In this document: piece after piece, positions 39,556-49,617 of the stretch | Numbering within the stretch: the first letter of the stretch is position 1 | How the letters are laid out: each line of letters starts with the position of its first letter | Assembly: GCA_050230475.1 (NCBI GenBank) | Contig: JBFLGF010000142.1 | Coordinates: 1-60,757 of the forward strand | Length of the DNA stretch: 60,757 bases | Source of the DNA: Ancylonema sp. | Taxonomy: Eukaryota | Direction of reading: 5' to 3' | The notes under the pieces: model-generated | Seen by the model: only the letters and a program-made list of their open reading frames with translations | Database searches by the model: none | Told to the model about the DNA's origin: nothing | Program-made: the position numbers and the translations under genes

Positions 39556-42500
39556 TCAAGCAAACACGACATCTGATCGCAACACATATTTCTTTCCTCG
39601 TAACACTTCCTTGGCTTGGTGCGTCATACATCGGCTCCCATGGGTATGGAGCAAAGCCGTGCCCGCAATCGGCTCCACACTCTCTAGCAAAGACTCGTCC
39701 GAATCGTAGAAGCACGTCTCACCACCCTCCAACATCACATCACCTTTTCCCGCAGACTGAGGTCCTCCCGTAAGGTATACTAGAAGGGTATACTCCGTAC
39801 GTTTGCCCCTACCTTGGGGTATGCTTTCGTCTATATGCTGCAAAACGAATAGACACAACATAGCTGAGGAGACCGAAATTCGATCAATGGTCTTACAGAG
39901 GGATACTCTCGGGACCGGGATTTTATATTCCTTTATACAGGTTCTTCACTTAGACAGTTTTGGCTCTAAATGTCCTTAAACCCGTTCCTATGTTCCTGCG
40001 ACGGGAAACAGGCCAGTATCGAGCTTGGAATCCGTTCAAACGTGTTTTACAGCTTCCATATGGATTGACGACAATATTTTGTCGTGTAGCCAGTTCCAAC
40101 AACGGACATGTAAAAACCTGTATAAATCTGTACGGATATGTACGGATTCCGTACATTATTCCATAACACCTTCGCGGGCCAGGAAAATTTAGTCCTTTAG
40201 AGAGTTATGCAGGTGTCGGGATTTTTTTTTCCTTTAGAGAGGTTATTCCTTCAGACAGTATTCCTTAAGACAGGTTTTACTGTAGGAAGATTGTAACCCC
40301 CGACAATGCAAGACACCAGTAGAGGCAATCTAAGCAACTTGAGTTGTATGTGATAATGAGGCGAAAACATTCTCTAACCACAAAGAGAGAAAGAGAAGAG
40401 AGGGGGATGGCACGCTCGCGAGGTTCCCACTTCAACGTCCCCGTTATTCCGTTTAGAGAAGTCGGTCATTTTGAAACAAATCATTTTTTCGGGTTTGGGA
40501 GCACCACTAAGGTTTCATTTGTACCTTTCCAAAATGTTGACCCGGATGATAGCAGTAGATCCGGATATGAGGATTTAATCCCTCCGCTTTCTGTCCGCCC
40601 ACATCGCCAACTCTCTGCATCCACGTGTAGGAAGGAAGCCCGGTTACACCTCGCCCCTTCGGATACAAGTGTTGCTGCCAATGTTCAAAAAAACCTCTTC
40701 CAAAGCCCACTGTGCATAGGGTACACCATTTACGAGCCACACAGATTGTTCAAACGGAGTTCATATCTCTTATGGACTCTACTGTGCGTGAAACCACACC
40801 TTCTATGAACACATCAAAATATCCGTATGCAAAGTTGTGCAATTGGACAAGTGACAGTGTATTTGTGTGACATGTTGGCCAGCTGGGGTCCAGCCAGGTA
40901 TGGAGATTTGGAGCTGATGTGAAGTTCATGGGGATTCAAACTTACTCTTTACTCATTACTCATTACTGGACCCACACACTATGGTGATGGTTGAAAAGTT
41001 TAGGCTCTGGTTCTGGTTCTCAGTAGGTGGTCGGTCACTGACTACCACGACAGTACTCTAGGTTATTGAGACAGGAAGGATTGGATGCCTGACTCTGAAT
41101 CAGGATCCGATACATGGAAAGACCGCTTTTTACAAATCACTTATCGACAATTCGAATTCAAAGTGGCATTCATGAACCGTGCAGTACGACGGATGCATTT
41201 ATCAAGGTGAGATAATGCTTACTCTTCTCCATAGTCTTTGAAATTATGCAGGTATATGCTTCCTTATCATGATATAGCCCAACATTACTCGATCACAACC
41301 TTTCCCTCCACAACAAGATCCAGTAGACAGTACACAGTACACACCAGTACAAAACGAGCGCCAACCATGCACACACGGTGATGGAAACAGCAGCAACCAC
41401 TCCATTCCCATTTATCTTCTGCTGCTTTGACCTTCCTCGGTTCTTGATGCTGACGTGGCAGCATATGCTGACGTGGCAGCATATGCTGACGTGGCAGCAT
41501 ATGCTGCCACGTCAGCATATGTGGACAGATAATCAGGTAGATGAACGCACACATACACGGTGAGAATCTATTACCTCAAATATGGCCTCGAGCCCTCCCT
41601 TCCACAACCTAAGAGCAAGTTCTGGATCGACCACTGACGCCCCTTCATTGTCTCTCAATGCCTCCCCAAAGGCTGGGCCCCTGCTGCTGCGATGTATCCA
41701 TTCTGTAAGAAAACCCCACCAATAACACGTACAATAAGTACTACAGGGCATACATTAAAAAAATCACTCACTATTAGTCACTGAGAACGCATTTTCTCAT
41801 CAAGCGTTTCTCGTCGTCAATCAAAGGGACGCTCCACACATTCTGAAAAGCAGCGTCTACCACTAATCCATCTTGAAAAACCGTCATCGTGATTGAATAC
41901 GTTTGCTCCCGAGCCTGTTTTTTGGAACAGAGAGGTGCTGAAGGGGTTTCAACAGTTGAGAAGTTGAAAAGGATAATGCCATCTGCTGCTCACACCCCTG
42001 AAACTGACCGCACCTGATATCCTCCGTCTATGTTTGCATCGATTCTTGTGCAGTGAGTCATACACAGTCACGTCAAGAACTGTTGATACCCATGGGGATA
42101 CGGATTCTTCAACGTATACTATATGGATATGTACGTACACGATTTGTTTGCCATATCAGCATATGTACATCACTATGTAATTTGAACATCTGTATGATAT
42201 ATCAACCCATCCTTTATGTGGACGCAGACATGTGTGACCATCAGACAAAGCACGTGCATATTTTAGTAGAGCAGGGGGGAAGCAGCATTGACAGATCTTC
42301 AAGTTGAGCGGGGGACAGCTTCATAATCATACCTAGTGACAGTGATGCTTCTATGAAAGCCTTGCACTCGTTCCGGGACAACAAGTCTTTGATGGTGAAC
42401 AGATTCCAGCCTCGCAGACGAGCCGCTTCCAAATTTTGCTGTGATTACATGTCCGACGATGAAAAAAAACAAGAAATCAGCTACCGTATACATGCTGTCC

Positions 42501-42634
42501 TCCTCACCAACTTCCGGTTTACTGATTGGCACCTCCATCTCAAGATTCTGCTCTTTAAACCTCCACACTGTCAGTTTTTTTTTTTTTTTTTTTTTTTGGA
42601 CTTTTCCACGAATTTCACGTGTGAGATTTGGCAT
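39556..42634 (-). CDS. 2OG-Fe(II) dioxygenase, prolyl-4-hydroxylase-like
   Basis: Exons on the - strand: 42634-42602 (tentative), 42438-42333, 41702-41575, 40614-40525, 39837-39556. Motifs SRGPAFGEALRDN, GLNPHIRIYCY, HID (HxD), TLLVYL, GGETCF, H(QA) and KYVLRSDV. First exon uncertain. Confidence 0.88.
39885..40282. mobile_element. Tc1/mariner (pogo-like) MITE remnant in the last dioxygenase intron
   Basis: Right end ...gtattccttaagacaggttttactg|ta resembles CAGTAAAACCT-type termini. Internal repeats gggatttt...ttcctttaXaXagg. Left terminus eroded. Confidence 0.5.
41448..41521. repeat. Tandem and inverted 18-bp unit GCTGACGTGGCAGCATAT containing an ACGTGGC (ABRE/G-box-like) core
   Basis: Three direct copies followed by one inverted copy (atgctgccacgtcagcat) in an intron. 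Confidence 0.85.
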
Positions 42635-42781
42635 TTATGTCCAGTGATTTTAAGGCTCAGAATATGGTCGGTATAGCTACAGGTCACGTGAGGTGCATTG
42701 AGGTGAATGTGTACCATCGGATTCCTCTTCACAGTCACCTGCTTCCGCATGTATAAATTTGCCTTAAATAGTCATGACGTC

Positions 42782-42789
42782 CTCATCAA

Positions 42790-42851
<62 letters not shown>

Positions 42852-42905
42852 GCATCATCATCATCATCAATGATCTTTATCATCATCATCGTCATTCTCA
42901 TCATT
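42782..42905. repeat. (CAT)n trinucleotide microsatellite
   Basis: Directly visible tandem cat units. Confidence 0.95.
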
Positions 42906-44193
42906 GCTGTTTCATTCAAACCGCCATAAAAAACTCAAAGGTTCAATACCGTTCTCTTTGAGGCCTCGTGAGCAATTGGGAGTCAAACCTTTGGTTTTAG
43001 AGAGGGCCAAGTGACCAACGACCTTTCACGGGGGACTTTCGCGCTAGATTTTTCTACCAAATCGCACAAGGGGGGAAGCGATAAGGGGCTTCAGGCAAAT
43101 TAGGTGCCCAAATCCGTTAGAGGATGAGATGGAAAACGCCTTCGTCCTATCGATTATTCAGTACCCTTCTTCTTGTTTTCCATAATCGTGCACAAAACGC
43201 CAAAAAAGGACGATCTGACCGTGGGACAACCCCCGAAGCCCACTAACGCGCCGATTCGGAGCTCTATAGCGTTGAACTCTTAATTTTGTCATTCTATACT
43301 ATCCAGCCGGCTGTAGCAATTCCGTCGTCCGATGACGCGACATACGTTTCCATGGTCCACCCGGAATATCCTCACAGTTCCTAACAGTGCTGCGGGTGAA
43401 GATAGTCTCTACCCAAAAAAAAAAACAAGTCAGACAACATTCAGGTCACCCTTTGCTCACTGTCATGTTGATCGAATTGCGCACCCCCTTTCTGTCTCCC
43501 GCCCGCGCTCGCCGCATCTACTTTTTGTTTGGTCATGGCCGGCTGGTTCGGTGAGGACAGTACAGAAGGAAATCGCGACACTCGATCAGGTCTACCAAAG
43601 AATATTAGAGACAGCGTCAGAGTGCTCGATCGCGAGACATGCAATTTCCAGGGAGAGCAGTCAGGCTGAACACCGAGCCTGAAGTCGAGAATGCCAGGAG
43701 ACCGTTGCAAAGACGAGACCATTACTTGGTGGTTGTTCTCATTGTGCAAACCTAGTTCTCCAAGTTATACGCCCTGCCAGTTTGAGACACAAACTTTGTC
43801 CCTCGGTCTCTGTCGTTTTGCATTCAGAAGCTTGTTCGGAACAAGCCGCTGAATGCCAAGGAAACAAGTTGGTCCCTTGGTTGTTCCGCGTGAGCAGTCG
43901 GCACCATGTACCGGTTACACGTGGTGGCCCCGGGGTCGGTCGGCGAAAATATCTCCACCACGTGGGCTGATTCGAACAAACTTTTTGTACCCGGATTCAA
44001 ACTTTCGTCACAAGGAGGTTCGCGGTCCCGGTTTACTGAACCCTCCGTTGTGATCCCTGCGGAAGTGGTCGACGGCGCGTGCACGACGGTGCCAGGACCA
44101 GGCCGATCCTGGCCTACTCTCCTGTCAGGCACCGAACGTTCCTACATACCTGCAGAGCATGTGACGGCTCAGAAAGCATTTGCGAGGCTTCAT

Positions 44194-45971
44194 ATGGCTT
44201 CTGCGCAATGGTTTAACGAGCCAGCCACGTGGCACAAGGACGAGCATGGCCGTCTCTTTGTGCGATCGCTCCCGGGGACAGATTTCTGGCAGAAGACGCA
44301 TTACGGATTTGTGCACGACAATGGAAGCTTCTACTACACCGAAGTGACTGGAGATTTTTAGGTGGACGTCAAAATTGTTGGAAAGTAGGTGTGACTTGCT
44401 CTTGCATCGAGATGTGATTGGTATAGGAATGGTTTGTCTGAAAGATTTGAGAGTGAATGAACTTGATGCTTTCATGCTTACCCGGTGGCCTCAGAGTTGG
44501 ACTTTGTGAAGATTATTGCAGATTGACATATGAACATCTGAAGTATCGAAATAACTTGTGTTGTCGAGTTGTGACAACTCCTAGAGCTTCCTCGATAGCT
44601 TTCAAATATGAAAAATTGAGGGCACGCACTTGCATTGGAGGACCCAATTCATAGTGCGTATATGTTTGTCTACCAGATAAGGTATCATTATTCCCGAAAC
44701 GTCAAAATTGTCGTCGCTGAAACGTCAAAACCATTAAAATCAACGTGAAAATTGAAGGTGCCCCATGATTTATCAAAATTTTGAAAGAAACGGGTCACCA
44801 TTTCTCCCTCTTCTAAACATTGCTCGTGACCCCCCTCTACAGATATACGGATCTGTATGACCAGGCAGGATTGATGATGCGAATAGATGCTCACACATGG
44901 CTAAAATGCGGAGTGGAGTATGTAACGGGAAGCCAAGTGGTTGAAGTTGGCGGTCAACAGGTATTCTTAACACAACATACACCATCTCGGTGTTTGAAGC
45001 ACGCCGGTTTTTTGCACGCTTTTAGTTTCGAATTTAAAAATTAGCAATGGATGATGTTCTTCAGCTTAAAGTGCCCTACTTATATTATACCGATTGAAGT
45101 ATTCCGGAGAAGTATGAGTATCGACTATCCCTCGAATGTTGCAAGCAAGTGTGGTGGTGACACGTGGAGGCTTCTCTGATTGGTCGGTTTTGGGGTTGAA
45201 TGTTGACCCCCCTGCCACATGGTTTAGGTAAGAAATGAAATCGAACTTCATCGTTGTTGGCGTTGAGGTGGTATACACAATTACACAATAGGCCTCACGC
45301 CACATTGCAACACTAGTTTTTTAGGTTTCGTTCCATGCCAATTTTGGTAAGACAAAATGTGACTTAACAAAATCTGACTCCGCGCATCTGATTCGGTGAA
45401 TCAACTTAGCAGTCGTTCATGTTTCAATCTTCTCTTCATGTGCATTTGTGCTTATGATACGTGATGTAGTGGTGCACTTATTTATAGCAAAGGCTTCTAC
45501 TCAATGAAGGTGTTGTTCATGCATATGGAAGTACCTCCTTAATGCCAGAATGGGAAGAATGGGAAGATAATTGTACATGCAAACATAATGCAGTGGTATG
45601 GATGTTTGAGTTTTTTTTTTGTGTTTCAACCCAGTTTGGTCAATGTTGTTTTCCATTTTTATTTTATTTTTTTAATTTATTTATTTGTAATGATGAAGTC
45701 ATGAAGTGCGTGTAGGTAGGACTTAGTCATGTTGCGACACTCATGCAAATGCTCTAAGTTGACTTCATTGTTTGATACTTGCAGAGCCAAAAGGCAGAAA
45801 GATACTGTCACAATCTCCTTCTCTCTTGATGGGGAAGCGTACACCGTCTTGAGAGTTGCATATCTCCCTACAACAGATTTGATAAAGGTCGGGCCCTTGG
45901 TGTCCTCCCCTAAAGGCCAGGTTTTTGATGTGACATTCTCGGATTACAATGTTACATTACTCGAAACTTGA
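44194..45971 (+). pseudogene. DUF1349 (Ree1 / concanavalin-A-like fold) gene with an internal TAG and a non-canonical acceptor; pseudogene or recoded gene
   Basis: Exons 44194-44384, 44843-44960, 45145-45227 and 45785-45971. Motifs WFNEP, TDFWQKTHYGF, GDF, YDQAGLM, WLKCGVE, SVVVT...SDWS and SPK. TAG at 44359-44361, and the exon-3 acceptor reads gcaa|gca. The frame is also open upstream to ATG 43906. Confidence 0.8.
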
Positions 45972-47468
45972 ATGCTAACTACATGAAAAATAATAGTACG
46001 TGCACTATAAAGTTTTGCACAACAAAAGTCGTGCACAACTCATATAAATGACTTTTGTAAAATAATTGTTTCACAAATTGGTTTGTAAAGACCAACTCTT
46101 CTCAACCCTACCCAATTCATGTACGAAAATTGTTGTTGAAGGCACATTGCGCCAAAGTTGTGTTTCTCATATAATAGGCCGGCTGGAAATAGATGACTTG
46201 CATTATTACCTATGCACTTGATCTCACACCGACTAGCGAAGGTCAGGGGCGGACTTGGAATTTTACCCCACAACTACATAAAGCTCTGGTACCCCAAGAG
46301 GCACTACTCTCCTCAACTTTCTAAATAAAACAATTGAGACGACTTTTACTTTTATGGGGATAGCTACTCTCTTGAAACAAAATATGTTGCCACCTCTATC
46401 TACATGCGATCTTCTGCTATCTTGTGCTCATGTTGCTTTGTGTTGCTCACATGTCTAATGACACTATCTGAATTTATTTTCACCGTCTATGTTGTTGTTG
46501 CCGCTCTCTTGCAATGGAATTGCGGAGTACGGCATTCATGTCATTCACCTCCCCCACCTCTGTTTAGAACTCTGTAGCAAAGTGGCACAATTTTAAGGCT
46601 TCTAGATGTCAAATTACTCCGCCGGGGCAAAACTTTGCAAGGTCAGAATGGCGATATCAAATTGATTTTAAATGTTGCAAAAGATTGGTGGAAGTAGGAA
46701 ATTGCACCAGTTATTTGAGATCATGAGACTCCTCATCTCTAAGTGACACCACATGGATCGTAAAGATCGCACTCAATTGTAATCTCTTTATACACTTGGA
46801 TTTTTTAACCCTAAAAAGACCAATCAATAATGCTAAAAGTATAAAATAGAGGTAGCCCTTTATATTTATTGATATAAATATACGTTGAAGAGAGAGCACC
46901 TTCGTTTTTTTTTAACGACCAATGTAATTGGCTAATAGGTCCTCCAATGGCAAGCCACGTATGTGACGTGTTGTACCTACGTACGGCGTCGTACGGGCCC
47001 AAAGCAATAAACGTTAGTGACGTGTCCCGCGCGATTTGAAGGCTTAGCGCCGTAGAGGCGCCGGAGGCCAACACAAGGGCCAACAAACGTCGGAAATGGC
47101 CTGCTCGAGCCAAAGGGCTTTGAAGCCTAAACAAGTACCACTTGGGCGTTCGTCGGAGTGGCCGATTGGATCAGTTAATATTTCCCGTCCCGGTTAGCCT
47201 GGCTACACTCGCTCCCAACCGTGTAGCCTTTCGCTGGCTACACCAAGGGCTTCCCCCGATATGCAGCGTAGCAAAGCCTCCCCGCCCGACAATCGGTTTT
47301 TTTATGTAACAATTTAAGGTAGTGAGGATGGGGCAACATACATAGCTAGAAATCACTAAACCCGACACCTTGTATTTTTTCCCGAGTGTGACCGATTAGT
47401 GCCTAATAATATCGAAAATAGGGGCTAACAATCGGAATCTTCTAAAATCGTAGGGACATTATTTCGAC

Positions 47469-47828
47469 CATAGATGTACACCCACGTCAAAATCTCCGCC
47501 GGGCGGAGTCCGCGAGCGGCGCCGCCCGCGAGCGGAACGCGGGCGAGAATGTCCACGTGGCGTGCGGGTATATAGAGCTTTTTTAGGGTTCTGGTGTTTT
47601 CAGTTTTTAAAACTCCACATTGATTGAAATAAAAAAATAAAAGGTGCTAATATCAACTACATAATTTTATACATTTTTTTTTAAGAAAATCATAAAAATT
47701 CCAGAAGCTATGCTTTTTTAACTTTATTTCTTGAAATCCCGAAATCCTGTGCGCCCGGAACGGGCAGCCAGACGGCGCCCGCGGGCGGAACCGCCTGCGG
47801 GCGCTGCCCGCGGAAGGATATATCTATG
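47469..47828. mobile_element. hAT-type MITE with GC-rich subterminal repeats
   Basis: TIR catagatgta / tatatctatg (9/10). Flanks atttcgac / aattcaac (6/8). gcccgcg/cgggcg repeats at both ends and an AT-rich centre. Confidence 0.65.
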
Positions 47829-48219
47829 AATTCAACGGTGTAAATTGATATGAGTTAAAAGTATCGCTATGGGTTTTCCCCATCCGTAGTTTGACATATT
47901 GCATGGGTGGGGGTTGGGTGCTTGACTGCCCACTAAATGGCCGAGGATGGGGTAAATTTTAAGTTTTGTGGCGTCGTTAAATTCGAGTCGGCCAACGTAT
48001 CGAACTGTGCGCACTGGATGATACCCGGATTTTTTGAACAAATTATTTTATCAGCAATTCGTTAAAACGTTTCCGTTTCCGTGACCCTCGTAGTTGTTAT
48101 CAATTATTTTTGGCAATGATTCCAGGGCACCTAAATAGAAACTCAGAAAAACCCAGAATTGGAAAAAGTTTCAATGATATTTAGTGTCCAAATATTCATT
48201 TTGAGTAGTATCAAAGGTT

Positions 48220-48733
48220 AGTCGGGTCAAGGTGCGAGTGCGGTCAACATGTCTAGCGGGAGCGTACTCGAATTCTTCAGTTCTCCGCGGACGTGGGGGG
48301 CGAGTGGATATTGTTATGTCGAATTTGGTGGAGGGGCATATTTTGGTGGATGTGGTGGTTCGTGATCCCACGCGACGTGATTCGGTGGATCGCGCGGCTG
48401 TCGAGGGTTGGTGGCCGCAGAGGATGCGAGCGGCGCAAGGACAGACACTATCGTGATCGCGTGGCGGGGACCAAGTTTATCCCGTTTGTGTTGGAGACGT
48501 ACGGTGTGCTCTCCGATGCGAGCAATTGGTGGATGGTGGATTGTGCTCACCGTGCGGGGCATTTGAGTGGGCGGTCGGGACAAAATGGTGGTTTGCGAGT
48601 TACTTGGTTTCGGAAGAGAGTTTCTCTTGCGTTACAACGCTCTCTAGCACATGCAAATCATGCTAGGACGTTGTTATTGGAGCAAGGTATGGCTATGTTA
48701 CCCCCCCCCCCTCCCCGGGTGTCCTTGTCATAA
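48220..48733 (+). mobile_element. 3' remnant of a non-LTR retrotransposon with a restriction-like endonuclease (CRE/R2-type), frameshifted
   Basis: Two overlapping frames give GRVDIV...ILVDVVVRDP followed by ERRKDRHY...FIPFVLETYG...RVSLALQR. This is the PD-(D/E)xK / F.P..ETxG signature of RLE-type LINE C-termini. Confidence 0.75.
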
Positions 48734-49617
48734 GCATAGTCACGGATTGTTGCTCGGTTGTTTAGGGTGAGGTTTGCTTTCCTTCTTCAATTCCATTAGG
48801 GTGGTGAAATAATGTCGGTCTTGTATTCAGATGTGGTTCCTATCGTGATTTAAGAAAACGCATCTCTCTAATATAAATGATTGATTTCGGGTTTTAATAC
48901 TTTTTCCTGTATCGGGGAGGCCACCCACACCTTTGGGCTGCGAGCTGCACAGCCCATAGGCTGGGGCCCTAATCAGGAATTGGCACCAAAATTTGTTTCA
49001 ATCCCTCGTGCTGCGGGCTGCACAGCCCGCAGCTGATGGGCTGTACAGCTCTTGGGCTGCGGACTTCCCCGCAAGGTTTCTTGCCCGAAAGAGATTCTCA
49101 TGGACGGCAGAGATGGAATTGGCCGATCTACCGGAAACCCTAGCGGGGAGGTCCCTTTCGGGCACGGCTTTATCACGTGGATGTCGGGGCAGGTATTCTC
49201 GGCACAAAAAGACCTATCCTTCCCACCCGTGCTCTACCCGTACTTCCCAGATAGCGACTCGTCCTCATTCCATCCATCCCAGGACCGACTGGTGCTGGTA
49301 TCTTGCTCCCTTCTCAAGAAATCATCTCGCTTGGGACGGAAGGGGCTGTAGTGGGCGGGAGACTAGGCATTGTGCCCCCTCCTGGAGGCTCGGCGTGGAG
49401 CCTCCGGGCTCTGCTGTTGTACCGATGCTCGGCGAGGGTGCTCCCCGCAGGTCGTGGAAGTGGTATGGTTGGAAGATGTGAAGGAAGTTTTGGAGTTTCC
49501 TGCGCGCGACCCCTTTCAAGTTCTCGTCTGCCGTGAATGATTTGGTCACCCTTATCATTTCGTCATTGCCCTCCTCTTTCTTGCCGTGACCAGTCGTATA
49601 AGTAGAAAGGTTGGCCT

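Noticed and set aside
41285..41335. LDLVVEGKVVIE on the - strand, resembling a GxxExxY nuclease motif or an alternative dioxygenase exon
   Set aside because: Only about 12 residues, no adjacent acceptor, an immediate stop, and the exon at 40614-40525 already supplies this segment.
44344..44361. An 18-nt GT...AG mini-intron that would remove the DUF1349 TAG
   Set aside because: Far shorter than any other intron here, and it would delete the conserved GDF motif.
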